From Squalus acanthias (taxonomy: Eukaryota), in the NCBI GenBank assembly GCA_030390025.1, contig JASTWF010000343.1, forward strand, positions 434,001-498,000: a DNA stretch of 64,000 nucleotides, given 5' to 3'. Under the pieces are notes generated by a model, which made no database searches, was not told the origin of the DNA, and saw nothing but the letters and a program-made list of their open reading frames with translations. This document shows positions 1-11,150 of the stretch, one piece after another. Position numbers and translations under genes: made by a program. Numbering within the stretch: position 1 is the stretch's first letter; each line of letters begins with the position of its first letter.

Positions 1-258
1 GCAGACTAACCAAAGGTGACATGAGGAAAAACTTTTTTACGCAGCGAGTGGTTAGGATCTGGAATTCACTGCCTGAAAGGGTGGTGGAGGCAGATTCAAC
101 TGTGGCTTTCAAAAGGGAATTGGATAAGTACCTGAAGGAAAAATGTTGGCAGGGCTACGAGGAAAGGGCGGGGGGAGTGGGACTATCTGAACTGCTCTTG
201 CACGGGCTCGATGGGCCTCCTGCTGTGCTCTAACGAGTCTATGATTCGATGATTCTAG
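1..258 (+). mobile_element. CR1-type LINE, 3' end (ORF2 C-terminus and tail)
   Basis: ORF 21-233 reads RKNFFTQRVVRIWNSLPERVVEA..FKRELDKYL, the CR1 ORF2 C-terminus; it is followed by a CTATGATT-like microsatellite tail. Confidence 0.85.
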
Positions 259-804
259 AGCCTCACCATCAGCCGACTCAGTGAGTGTCAGCAGTGACAG
301 CAGTCCAATCCTGCCCTCAATTGACATCCATACACTTCCCAGTTGATGTCACTGGATCTCCATCAAGAGCAGGGGAAGTGGCTGATTTTTACTCTTAGTT
401 AGCCCAGTGGTACTGAGGATAATTATAGCCCCTGAACTGCTGCCTTGTCAGAGATCAACTAACAGCCCAGATCAAGGATTGAACTTGGTACCTTCCTAGT
501 CAGTAGCTCAGAGTGTTTTAAAGTGTAAGGGGGAGGGGGAGAACAGAATATTTAGAAAGAAATATCACTCCACCTTTAAACAAAACCTTCATTACACTGC
601 AAAATTCTGAAGACTTTCAATATTAAACAAGCAAGTCAAATGGATCGTCAAAAACAGTGAGACATTTTAGAAAGGCTCAAGTCAGAAACAGACAGGTTTA
701 CAACCACTGCACAGTACAGAAGGGAGCGACTGTTCATGGGAGCTCTGTTAGTGAAGTCCGCCGACATTTCAAGATAAACGGGTCTGTCCCTTTAACTATA
801 AATA

Positions 805-924
805 TGAGAAGTCGCACAACACCAGGTTATAGTCCAACAGATCTGGATCTGTTGGACTATAACCTGGTGTTGTGCGACTTCTCATTTTTGTCCACCCCAG
901 TCCAACGCTGGCATCTCCACATCA
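805..924. mobile_element. Miniature fold-back Penelope-like terminal-repeat insertion
   Basis: Perfect 40-bp inverted arms (804-843 and 846-885). The arm sequence CTGTTGGACTATAACCTGGTGTTGTGCGAC matches the PLE 3' end at ~59626-59655. Direct repeat TAACTATAAATA at 793-804 and 925-936. Confidence 0.8.
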
Positions 925-1509
925 TAACTATAAATAGGCAGAGAAAGGGGAGTCCCTGTCCCTTTAAATATCTGGCCCATTCCCCCAGGCAGTGGGAGGA
1001 GGAACAGCGCGCGGTCTCTTCATATCCTGACCCAGCGGGCCCCGCCGGATGGGCTGCCGCAGGGTCCTAAAGGCCACAACGGTTAACCTCCACAAGGTTA
1101 AACAGAACTGAAAAGAGCTCACACAAAGTGTTTGTTATATGTGTGAGTGTGTAAACAAAACTCATCATTCTTAATGTTTGCGAGTGCATTCCACAGAGAT
1201 AAATTATCTTCACCAATGATTTTTCAGCATTTGATTTCCTTTATTCACAGTGTAACTTCAGAGCGTTGAATTCCTTTAACATTTATTGAGAACCCATTGT
1301 CTTGTGGGCTCTTGTTTAGAAAGTGATGTCACACTGACCATTCCTTTCCCAAGGTGATCCTGTCTGTCCGCAGTATTCAGTGGGAAAGGGGATTAAATCA
1401 CACCGAGGATAATGAGCAGCCACCCACCAGTCTCTGCACTTTATTGTCCAGTGATCACCTCACCATCACACAGAAGCTCCTGATATAAATCTCCAGTGGG
1501 TGATGATTG

Positions 1510-2453
1510 GTGCAGGGTCAGTGGTGGAGTTCCGCAGCGGGAGTGATCCTGGAGTAACCCCATGGATGTTCCGGGTCGTGTATTTTTAGTTATCCTGGTG
1601 TCTAACACGCACACATCAATAAAACAGGGAATTACTGGAAACACACTGCAGGTCCTTCTTTATCTGGAGATCAAATGTCTGTTGTATAATTGTACCAGCA
1701 GTTAACAGGCTCCTGTGAACTCCTCCCTCTGCTATTTTAATGCAGACTTCAACCAATTTATTTTAAACGGGTTTATTTTAAATGAGCTAACACCTGCCTT
1801 AAAATGGTAGACACAGGACTGTCTCTCACACACATATTAAATCTTCGTGGAATAATTCCCAGTCATTTTCAGACTGGAAACTTAACCCTGCCCTTTCACT
1901 TTCAGTCAGGAACAGGTCGCAGTTTGACACCAATCTCTGATTTGACAGCATGTTTCCAGCATTCACCATTGTTCTTCCTGACTCTAAACACAGTGGTAAA
2001 GGAGCCTTCTGTTCCGTGCCCAGGAGCTCTGACCCATGGAAGAGAGCGGCTGGGACACATTCCTTACAGGCCTCGAGATTAACCCGCACGGGGTCATTGC
2101 TGTCAGGGAGGAGAGACGAGAAAGACCAAAGTGCCTTTTGCCCCTCTCAGTGTGGCCCTGAAGGACTGTGTCCAGGCTATAGTTCTGTTCCCGCCGTACG
2201 ATCCTTCCCCCAGATTGTCCTTTCTGAGCTCCAGCCAGGTGATGCTAAACACTCAGGTGGGAACGACAAAAATCCACAACAATGTGTTTAAAGCTAAGCT
2301 GATTTATTTGACATTTATCCAGAATATTAAACTCCAGCCCAGTTACAGAGGTTATTAACATCAGCAGAAACAAACCCCACCTGTCAGAATGAACACGATT
2401 CAGTCCGGGATGTAATTAACAGCAGCAATAACAGCAGAATCCAACCCCTGCAG
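1510..2453 (-). repeat. Shared ZNF 3' UTR/downstream block (copy 1)
   Basis: Direct near-copy at ~21365-22295 and inverted copy at 10528-11150; minus-strand AATAAA at 1757-1762 and 1772-1777. Confidence 0.8.
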
Positions 2454-3296
2454 TCACTTGTGAACTCGCTGATGTCTCAGCAGTTTGGATGACAGAGTGA
2501 ATCCTTTCCCACACTCGGAGCAGGTGAACGGCCTCTCCCCAGTGTGAACTCGCTGGTGTGTCAGCAGGTTGGATGACTGAGTGAATCCCTTCCCACACTC
2601 AGAGCAGGTGAATGGCCTCGCCCCAGTGTGAACTCGCTGGTGTTTCAGTAGGTCGGATGACTGAGTGAATCCCTTCCCACACTCAGAGCAGGTGAACGGC
2701 CTCTCCCCAGTGTGAGTGCGCTGGTGTATAGTGAGGTGAGATGAACTCCTGAACCCAGTCCCGCAGTGAGAGCACCTGAATGGTCTCTCGTCAGTGTGAA
2801 CACCTTGATGACACGTCAGGTCCCCAGAACTTTTATAGCACTTCCCGCAGTCGGGGCATTTTAAAGGTCTCTTGTCAGTGTGAGCTCGCTGGCGTGTCAG
2901 CAGGTGGGATGAACAAGTGAATCCCTTCCCACACTCTGAGCAGGTGAACGGCCTCTCCCCAGTGTGAACTCGCTGGTGTTTCAGCAGGTAGGATGACCGA
3001 GTGAATCCCTTCCCGCACACGGAGCAGGTGAACGGTCTCTCCCCAGTGTGAACTCGCTGGTGTCTCAGCAGGGTGGATGACTGAGTGAATCCCTTCCCAC
3101 ACACGGAGCAGGTGAACGGTCTCTCCCCAGTGTGAACTCGCTGGTGTATCAGCAGGTCGGATGAACGAGTGAATCCCTTCCCACACTCGGAGCAGGTGAA
3201 CGGCCTCTCCCCGGTGTGACTGCGCCGATGAATTTCCAGTTGGGACGGGGTAATGAATCCTTTTTCACAGTTCCCACATTTCCACGGTTTCTCCGT
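2454..3296 (-). CDS. C2H2 zinc-finger protein A (10 fingers, 9 canonical); open frame has no ATG, putative ACG start
   Basis: Uninterrupted CxxC-x12-HxxxH repeats with TGERPF linkers from TEKPWKC to RVHK*. ACG at 3296-3294 is at the position of the paralogue ATG 17120. Confidence 0.65.
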   Translation of the reverse strand, partial: TEKPWKCGNCEKGFITPSQLEIHRRSHTGERPFTCSECGKGFTRSSDLLIHQRVHTGERPFTCSVCGKGFTQSSTLLRHQRVHTGERPFTCSVCGKGFTRSSYLLKHQRVHTGERPFTCSECGKGFTCSSHLLTRQRAHTDKRPLKCPDCGKCYKSSGDLTCHQGVHTDERPFRCSHCGTGFRSSSHLTIHQRTHTGERPFTCSECGKGFTQSSDLLKHQRVHTGARPFTCSECGKGFTQSSNLLTHQRVHTGERPFTCSECGKGFTLSSKLLRHQRVHK

Positions 3297-3653
3297 GGTG
3301 CAGGTGTCCTTGTGTCTCTCCAGGTTGGACGATTAGTTGAAGCCTCGTCACAGAACACATGGACGTTTTCACCCCGCTGTGAATGGTGTGCTGTTTTTTC
3401 AGGCTGTGTAACTGGTTAAAGCTCTTTCCACAGTCAGTGCACTGGAACACTCTCACTCGGGTGTGTGTGTCTCGGTGCTTTTCCAGTCACACTGATGTTT
3501 GAAATCTTTTCTCACAGACAGAACAAACAAACATTTCTCCTTCCACATTTAAAGGCTGATGATATGCAGGTTCTGAGTAATCGAGTGACTGTCAGATCTT
3601 GACGTGATGTTTGGTTTGAGTTTCCCGTCTGCAAATCCTCCCCTTCTAATACC
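3297..3653 (-). other. Decayed 5' part of ZNF-A exon 2 (spacer plus 3 disabled fingers)
   Basis: Acceptor ctccttttacAG at 3655-3654; in-frame TGA 3489-3487, 5-nt deletion near 3350 and TAA 3335-3333 relative to the paralogue at 16756-17119. Confidence 0.65.
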
Positions 3654-3864
3654 CTGTAAAAGGAGTTTATAAAATTCATCACTGTAGGTACATGACAGAA
3701 ATTCAGAACAGACAATTCTTGTTTCCATGGAACATTCTTTCCTCTCTTGTTCCTCTGAAGCTGTAAATCCCCGTCCCACACATTGTCGCTCCTCCCTGTG
3801 TTAAAAGCCAAACACATCGCACGGCTCAAGACAGTTTGTCATCCTCTCCCTGTTTTCACCACCA

Positions 3865-4050
3865 ACTCTGGCTGGGTTCAGTTCTACACTCACTTGTTCT
3901 CCTCCCCTGAAGGTGCTGACTTTGGCTGGGTTCAGTTCTACACTCACTGGTTCTCCTCCCCTGAAGGTGCTGACTTTGGCTGGGTTCAGTTCTACACTCA
4001 CTGGCTCTCCTCCCCTGAAGGTGCTGACTTTGGCTGGGTTCAGTTCACTC
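3865..4050. repeat. 54-bp tandem repeat (~3.5 copies) in ZNF-A intron 1
   Basis: Unit GGCTGGGTTCAGTTCTACACTCACTGGTTCTCCTCCCCTGAAGGTGCTGACTTT; 18-aa periodicity in the ORF track. Confidence 0.9.
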
Positions 4051-4059
4051 ACTGGGACC

Positions 4060-4480
4060 CTGAAGCGCTGCCCACTGGTGGCTACTTTACAAAGATGGCC
4101 ACGCACGCACTCACTGGCGACGTAAAAACCCTCAGCGCTACTTTACAAAGATGGCCGCCGTTAACCCGGGCCTAGTTCCTGGGAAAAAGCCTCCGAGCTG
4201 CAAACGCGGAACCCGTAGGTTCTCATTCGGGGCTTGCGGCCTACATCAGGTGTTTATGAAGCTCACCCACCGGGTGTGTTACCTCCCTGCGCCCGCTGAT
4301 TCGTAATCGGCGCAAAAACCGTGACTGCGGCTTTTCCTCCGTTCCGTGCACTCGCCCGGCTCTGATCACAATGACACTGCGCATGCTCCAAATACAGGCG
4401 GGCACTGCGCCTGCGCACTGGGCTCCTCCAGTGTGAATGGGGCACATTCTCCCCCGCGGGGCATGCTGGGGAACATTGAA
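4060..4480 (-). promoter_or_regulatory. CpG-island promoter/exon 1 of ZNF-A
   Basis: YY1-type AAGATGGCC at ~4092 and ~4148; donor-like GG|GTGAGC (intron from 4266); NRF1-like TGCGCATGC and TGCGCCTGCGCA at 4378-4417; ZNF143/Staf-like TTCCCCAGCATGCCCCGCG (4473-4455). Confidence 0.6.
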
Positions 4481-4619
4481 AGCCCCAATTAGTGAATGGA
4501 GAATGAGTTTCTGTCATCCCATTGAGAGAAAATTCATCAATAATTCACACAGAAACCCCAGTGCACGGGCCCTCTGCCATGGTTCAGTCCTGGATGTGTT
4601 AATAACAGAATCCAAACCC

Positions 4620-5734
4620 CTGCAGTCCCCTGTGAACTCACTGGAGTCTCAGCAGGTGGGGTGAATTTCTTCCCACACACAGGATATTGAAACAGCCTCT
4701 CTCCAGTATCAATGCGCTGATCGTGCATCAGCTGCTTTGAACTTTGAAAGCTTTTCTCACAGTCAGAGTAATTAAAGCAACTGTTCTCAATGTGGACCCT
4801 CTGGATTGTCAACAGGTGGGAGAACGGAGTGAATCCCTTCCCACACGTGAAATATCTAAACGGTCTCTCTCGGGTGTGACTGTGCTGGTGTGTCAGTAAA
4901 TGGGATGGTCGATTGAATCCCTTTCCACATACAGAGCAGTGAACGGATTCTCCCCATTACGAACTTTCTGGTGTGTCAGTAAGTTAGATGAGCGACTGAA
5001 TCGCCTTCCACATTCAGCAGGTGAATGGCCTCTCAAGGTGTGAACTCGCTGGTGTGCCTTCGGCTCCCAGGAGCTTTTAGAGCTCTTCCCACAGTCAGAA
5101 CATTTAAGCGGTCTCTCCCCAGTGTGAACTCGCTGGTGTCTCAGCAGCTGGGATGGGTGAGTGAATCCCTTCCCACAGATGGAGCAGGTGAACGGCCTCT
5201 CCCTGGTGTGAACTTGCTGGACTGAGTGAAACCCTTCCCAAAATAGGAGCAGGGAAATGGCCTCTCTCCAGTGTGAGCAGGCTGCTGATTCGTCAGATTC
5301 CCAGAGATTTTAAAGCTTTTCCCACAGTCAGAACATTTAAACGGTCTCTCATCAATGTGAACAAGCTGGTGTGTCAGCAGGTTGGATGTCTGACTGAATC
5401 CACCACACAGAGCAGGTGAACGGACTGTCCGCTGTGTGACTGCGCCGATGAACGTCCCACCTAGACGGGGAAGTGAATCCCTTCCCACTGTCCCCATCTT
5501 TACCCGGTTTGCCCTCGGTTTGACGGTACACGTGCCTCACCAGGACAGGTGATCGGCAGAATCTGGGTCCACACACGGAACACTTGTGCGGCGTGTCCGC
5601 GCTGCGATCGCTGCTCTCTCCTTCCATGGGCAAAGGCCGATGATATTCAGGTCCTGAGGAATGGAGCGACTGTCAGATCCTGACCTGATGTTTGGTTTGA
5701 GCTTCCTGTCTGTAAAGGCTCCAGGACTAACACC
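4620..5734 (-). pseudogene. C2H2 zinc-finger pseudogene (MEGES-type)
   Basis: ATG 5627 (MEGESSDRS). Finger remnants are split over ORFs 5352-5633, 5141-5497 and 4537-4812 with frameshifts and lost Cys; acceptor at 5736-5735. Confidence 0.8.
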
Positions 5735-5859
5735 CTGTAAACGGAGTGTAGAAAGGGGTAAGAGGGAGAAAGCTGTCTCATGTCCCCCTTTCCCAGCCCA
5801 GGGGCAGTGAAGCTGATTTTCAGGCCCAGCTGCTGCCCAGGTTGGCTGCAATACCCACA

Positions 5860-6260
5860 AGCTCCCGCGCTCCGGCCGCCGCTGACACTGCGCATGCGCC
5901 TCATGGCCCCGCCCACTCCCTGCCCCGCGCATGCTCGGGAGCCCACCGCCTGAGAGCCCGGATCACCGGCGGAAAGTGAGTTTCAGGAGTTTTTTTTAAA
6001 TATACCGCGGAGAGAAGCGCGCGCGAGGAGATAAATCAAAACAAAATCCAACCCGGAGCGACCGAGCGGGCGGATCGAGCGACCGCAGCCCGTCTGGGGC
6101 ACGTGACCAATCCTGCCGCCGTGACTGACGCCCACTCCGACCAATAGGGAAAGGGTGGGCGGAGCCTGGAGGGCTGAAGCGGCGGCGGGTCCGCCAACCA
6201 ATCAGGGAGTCCCAGGGGCGGGACTTCCGCCGCCTGCTCCCCTCGCTGCGGAGACAGGGG
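5860..6260 (-). promoter_or_regulatory. CpG-island promoter module (E-box, CCAAT x3, GC box, NRF1)
   Basis: TGCGCATGCGC 5889-5899; CACGTGAC ~6100; CCAAT at 6107, 6141 and 6198; GGGGCGGGACT ~6215. Confidence 0.6.
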
Positions 6261-6299
6261 GAATGCAGCAGAGGGCGCTCTTCTGAATTTAGGCTCAGG

Positions 6300-6540
6300 C
6301 AGGTTGGAGCAGAGCAGAGGGAACTGGACTCTGCACTGGGCTTCACTCTGGCATGTTGGAGCAGAGGGAACTGGACTCTGCACTGGGCTTCACTCTGGCA
6401 TGTTGGAGCAGAGGGAACTGGACTCTGCATTGGGCTTCACTCTGGCATGTTGGAGCAGAGGGAACTGGACTCTGCGCTGGGCTTCACTCTGGCATGTTGG
6501 AGCAGAGCAGAGGGAACTGGGCTCCGCGCCGGGCTTTACT
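6300..6540. repeat. 47-bp tandem repeat (~4.5 copies)
   Basis: Unit TTGGAGCAGAGGGAACTGGACTCTGCACTGGGCTTCACTCTGGCATG. Confidence 0.9.
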
Positions 6541-6589
6541 CCGCGCCGGGCTGTACTCCGCCCCGGGCTTCTCTCCGCGCTGGGCTTCA

Positions 6590-6712
6590 CTCCCTCAGCA
6601 CTGCACTGGAGTGGCAGCCTCGAGTTTTGTGCTGAAGTCTCTGGAGTGGGACTTCCACCCACAACTTTCTGACTCAGAGGCGAGAGTGCTACCGCTTGAG
6701 CCATGTCTGACA
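6590..6712 (-). mobile_element. tRNA-derived SINE head (DeuSINE/SacSINE1-like), fragment
   Basis: Reverse complement of the 5' part of the SINE at 28160-28290. Confidence 0.75.
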
Positions 6713-6752
6713 GTCTGTATCTAACCTGTGCTGTAATTTTCCCTGGGAGTAT

Positions 6753-8110
6753 TTGAATCATAGAAAAATTACGACAGCGAAGGAGGCCATTCAGCCCATC
6801 TTGTCCGTGCCGGCCGACAAAGAGCTATCCACCCTAATCCCACCTTCCAGCTCTTGGTCCGTAGCCTTGCAGGTTTTTGCCACTCTCCCTTGGATCCCAT
6901 GGGCTTTTACTTTTTTGATCAGCCTGCCATGTGGCACTTTGTCAAAAGCCCTGTTAAAATCCATAAGATCTTTGGGTTTTCTTTGACTCTATTTGCCAGT
7001 ATTTTTTTCATGCCCTCTTTTTGCTTTCCTAATTTCCTTCTCAATTTCACCCTTACACTTTCTATCCTCTTCTCGGCTTTCTGCAGTATTGAATTCACGC
7101 TATCTGATCCAGGCTTCCCTTTGTTGCCTTATCTTACCTTGTATGCACCTTGTCATCCAGGGGGCTCTAAGTTCAGCAGTTCTACCCTTTTTCTTTGTGG
7201 GAACATGTTTACCCTGAACTCCATGTATCTCCCTCTTGAATGCCTCCCACTGCTCTGACACTGATTTACCTTCAAGTAACTGTTTCCAGTCCACTTTTGC
7301 TAAATCACTTCTCAACCTTGTAAAATTGGCCTTCCCCCAATTTAGAACCCTTACTCCTGTTTTTTCTTTGTCCTTATGCATAATTATGCCGAAACTAACG
7401 GAATTATGATCACTGCCCCCAATATGCTCCCCCACTGATACTCCTTCCACCTGCCCAGCTTCATTCCCCAAAACCAAATCCACAACTGCCCCCGCTGTTG
7501 TTGGGCTTGCTGTGTCTTGGCTAAAGAAGTTCTCCAGAATGTAATTTGGGAATTCTGTGCCCTCTATCCCTTTTCCACTGGGAGTATCCCAGTTAATATT
7601 GGGGTCATTGAAATCTCCCACTATTACTGCCCTATTGTTTTTGCACTTGTCAGAAATTTGGCCGACAAATTTGCTCTTCGACCTCCCTCGGACTGTTTGG
7701 GGGTCTAGCGTACACTCCCAGCAGTGTGAGTGCCCCTTTTTAGTTCTTTAGTTCAGCCCATATGGCCTCATTTGATGATCCTTCGAACATATCCTCCCTC
7801 CTCACAGCTGTAATTGTCTCTTTAATCAATACTGCGACCCCACTCCTCCTTTATTTACCCCCCTCTCGATCTGGTCTGAAAACCCTGTAACCAGGAATGT
7901 TGAGCTGCCAGTCCTGCCTTTCTTGCAGCCATGTCTCAGTTATGGTGATAATATCAGACTCCCACGTGTCTATCTGTGCCCTCAGCTCATCTCCCTTATT
8001 TCCTAGACTCCTTGCATTACAGTATACACCATTTAGCATTGCCAAACTGCCTTGTTGTCTATTTCCCAGCCCTTGTTTCCTCTGCCTTCCAAACTCACTT
8101 ACTAATTTTC
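6753..8110 (-). mobile_element. CR1 LINE, internally deleted (APE domain plus 3' tail)
   Basis: YCNARSL, ITETWL, MGDFN, SDHN endonuclease motifs in ORFs 7851-8216 and 7100-7621; tail ATCATAGAA at ~6757. Confidence 0.85.
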
Positions 8111-9325
8111 TGGGCCTCGCACTCTCTCTCCCACTGCTTAAATCCTCGGTGTCCTCGCTCAGTCTCCACCCAGGGCCGCTGCTCCCGGTGAGTCTGGGCC
8201 TCGCTCTCTCTCCCACTGCTTAAATCCTCGGTGTCCTCGCTCAGTCTCCACACAGGGCCGCCGGTGAGTCTGGGCCTCGCTCTCTCTCCCACTGCTTAAA
8301 TCCTCAGTGTCCTCGCTCAGTCTCCACCCAGGGCCGTCGGTGAGTCTGGGCCACGCTCTCTCTCCCACTGCTTAAATCCTCAGTGTCCTCGCTCAGTCTC
8401 CACCCAGGGCCGCCGGTGAGTCTGGGCCTCGCTCTCTCTCCCACTGCTTAAATCCTCAGTGTCCTCGCTCAGTCTCCACCCAGGGCTGCTGCTGCCGGTG
8501 AGTCTGGGCCTCGCTCTCTCTCCCACTGCTTAAATCCTCAGTGTCCTCGCTCAGTCTCCACCCAGGGCTGCTGCTGCTGCTGCTGGTGAGTCTGGGCCTA
8601 GCTCTCTCTCCCACTGCTTAAATCCTCAGTGTCCTCGCTCAGTCTCCACCCAGGGCCGTCGTTGAGTCTGGGCCACGCTCTCTCTCCCACTGCTTAAATC
8701 CTCAGTTTCCTCGCTCAGTCTCCACCCAGGGCCGCCGGTGAGTCTGGGCCTCGCTCTCTCTCCCACTGCTTAAATCCTCAGTGTCCTCGCTCAGTCTCCA
8801 CCCAGGGCTGCTGCTGCCGGTGAGTCTGGGCCTCGCTCTCTCTCCCACTGCTTAAATCCTCGGTGTCCTCGCTCAGTCTCCACCCAGGGCCACTGCTGCT
8901 GGTGAGTCTGGGCCTCGCTCTCTCTCCCACTGCTTAAATCCTCGGTGTCCTCGCTCAGTCTCCACCCAGGGCCGCCGGTGAGTCTGGGCCTCGCTCTCTC
9001 TCCCACTGCTTAAATCCTCAGTGTCCTCGCTCAGTCTCCACCCAGGGCTGCTGCTGCTGCTGCTGGTGAGTCTGGGCCTAGCTCTCTCTCCCACTGCTTA
9101 AATCCTCAGTGTCCTCGCTCAGTCTCCACCCAGGGCCACTGCTGCTGCTGCCGGTGAGTCTGGGCCTCGCTCTCTCTCCCGCTGCTTAAATCCTCGGTGT
9201 CCTCGCTCAGTCTCCACCCAGGGCCGCCGGTGAGTCTGGGCCTCGTTCTCTCTCCCACTGCTTAAATCCTCGGTGTCCTCGCTCAGTCTCCACCGAGGGC
9301 CGCCGGTGCTGCTGCCGGTGAGTCT
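8110..9325 (+). repeat. 76-bp VNTR (15 units) with variable (GCT)n and a G|GTGAGT donor motif per unit
   Basis: Unit GGTGAGTCTGGGCCTCGCTCTCTCTCCCACTGCTTAAATCCTCAGTGTCCTCGCTCAGTCTCCACCCAGGGCCGCC; 76-nt offset between ORF ends 8216, 8292 and 8368. Confidence 0.95.
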
Positions 9326-9369
9326 GCAGAGGCTTTTCATCCATTTTACGTACACAGTTTTGAAAAGTC

Positions 9370-9690
9370 CATTCTTTGGATGTGGTGTCACTAGCAAGAC
9401 CAGCATAAATTGCCAGTCCCCAGTTTCCCGTTGAGAAGGTGATGCTGGGCCTTCTTCTTGAACCTCTGCAGTCCGTGTGGTGAAGGTACTCTCAGAATGC
9501 TGTTAGGTGAGGAGTTCCAGGATTTTCACCCAGCGACGATGTAGGAACGGCGATATATGCCCATGTCAGGATAGTGTGTGACTTGGAGGGGAACTGGGAG
9601 GTGATGGTGTTCCCATGCACCTGCTGCCCTTGTCCTTCTAGGTGGTGGAGGTCGCGTGTTTGGGAGGTGCTGTCAAAGTTCTAGTCGAGT
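9370..9690 (-). mobile_element. Non-LTR retrotransposon (second LINE family), 3' fragment
   Basis: Homologous to 38535-38870 and 62510-62630. Confidence 0.7.
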
Positions 9691-9779
9691 TGCAGATGTA
9701 TAAAGTCACTCCTTCACCCATCCCCCTCCCACCTCGCTCTCTCTCCTCCCATAGAGGGCAGAGTCTTGTGTAGGCCCAG

Positions 9780-9920
9780 ACCGGGTGGCGGGTTCCCTTC
9801 CCTGAAGGACATTAGTGAACCAGTTGGGTTTTTACGACAATCCGGCAGCTTTCATGGTCACTTTTTTCTAGTGCCGGCCCCACAAATTCCCAGATTCATT
9901 CAGCTCAATTTCACAACCTG
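9780..9920 (-). mobile_element. SINE-like body fragment
   Basis: Reverse complement of the AAAAACCCA..GTTCACTA..AGGGAAGG segment at ~62740-62820. Confidence 0.5.
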
Positions 9921-10077
9921 CCTTTGTGTTTTTGTGGGTTCTCTCTCACCCTCCCTTTTTCCTGTTTCAAATTAATTTTACAGGGTTTTAGAAGGGGAGG
10001 ATTTGCAGACGGGAAACTCAAACCAAACATCACTTCAAGATCTGACAGCGTCACTCAATTCATCAGGACCTTTGAAC

Positions 10078-10527
10078 ATGGAAGCAGAAAGCACCGTTCA
10101 GAGCGGGGAGAAACCGTACACGTGTTCTGTGTGTGGACGAGGCTTCAGCCGATCATCTGGCCTGTCGAGACACAAGCGCAGTCACACCGGGGAGAAACCG
10201 TGTAAATGTGGGGACTGTGGGAAGCGATTCATCTACCCGTGTGAGCTGGAAACTCATCGACGAGTTCACACCGGGGAAAGGCCGTTCACCTGCTCCGAGT
10301 GTGGGAAGGGATTCACTCAGTCATCCCACCTGCTGATACACCAGCGAGTTCACACTGGGGAGAGGCCGTTCACCTGCTCCGGGTGTGAGAAGGGATTCAC
10401 TCAGTCATCCAACCTGCTGACGCACCAGCGAGTTCACACTGGGGAGAGGCCGTTCACCTCTTCCGAGTGTGGGAAGGGATTCACTCAGGCTTCCCACTTG
10501 CTGAGTCACCAGCGAGTTCACAAGTGA
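10078..10527 (+). CDS. C2H2 zinc-finger protein B (149 aa; 4 canonical plus 1 degenerate finger)
   Basis: aacATGg at 10078, in frame with ORF 10003-10527; acceptor ttttacAG ending 9983; AATAAA 10673-10678. Confidence 0.75.
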   Translation: MEAESTVQSGEKPYTCSVCGRGFSRSSGLSRHKRSHTGEKPCKCGDCGKRFIYPCELETHRRVHTGERPFTCSECGKGFTQSSHLLIHQRVHTGERPFTCSGCEKGFTQSSNLLTHQRVHTGERPFTSSECGKGFTQASHLLSHQRVHK

Positions 10528-11150
10528 CTGCAGGGGTTGGATTCTGATGTTATTGCTGCTGTTAATCACATCCCGGACTGAATCGTGTTCACACTGACAG
10601 CTGGGGTTTGTTTCTGCTGATGTTAATAACCCCTGTAACTGGGCTGGAGTTTAATATTCTGGATATATGTCAAATAAATCAGTTTGCTTTAAACACATTG
10701 TTGTGGATTTTCGTCTTTCCCACCTGAGTGTTTAGCATCACCTGGCTGGAGCTCAGAAAGGACAATTTGGGGGAGGATCGTACGGCGGGAACAGAACTAC
10801 AGCCTGGACACAGTCCTTCAGGGCCACACTGAGAGGGGCAAACGGCACTTTGGTCTTTCTCGTCTCTCTTCACTGACAGCAATGTCCCCGTGCAGGTTAA
10901 TCTTGAGGCCTGTAAGGAATGTGTCCCAGCCGCGCTCTCCCATGGGTCAGAGCTCCTAGGCACGGAACAGAAGGCTCCTTTACAACTGTGTTTAGAGTCA
11001 GGAAGAGCAACGGTGAATGCTGGAAACATGCTGTTAACTCAGAGATTGGTGTCAAACTGCGATCTGTTCCTGACTGAAAGTGAAACGGCAGGGTTAAGTT
11101 TCCAGTCTAAAAATGACTGGTAATTATTCTATGAAGGTTTAACGTGTTTG
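10528..11150 (+). repeat. Shared ZNF 3' UTR block (inverted copy), truncated by CR1
   Basis: Reverse complement of ~1830-2453 (ORFs 10679-11029 and 1950-2291 are near-identical). Confidence 0.85.

Noticed and set aside
1804..2358. ORFs conserved between 1.8-2.3, 10.7-11.1 and 21.7-22.2 kb
   Set aside because: Similarity reflects the duplicated ZNF 3' block; starts, stops and frames differ between copies.
2875..3419. Alternative-frame and antisense ORFs over ZNF exons (WEGIHSVI..., HRPT... types)
   Set aside because: Shadow frames produced by the 84-bp finger periodicity.
8110..9325. CRISPR-like repeat/spacer appearance
   Set aside because: The variable part is only a (GCT)n length change, there are no unique spacers or cas genes, and the context is vertebrate.
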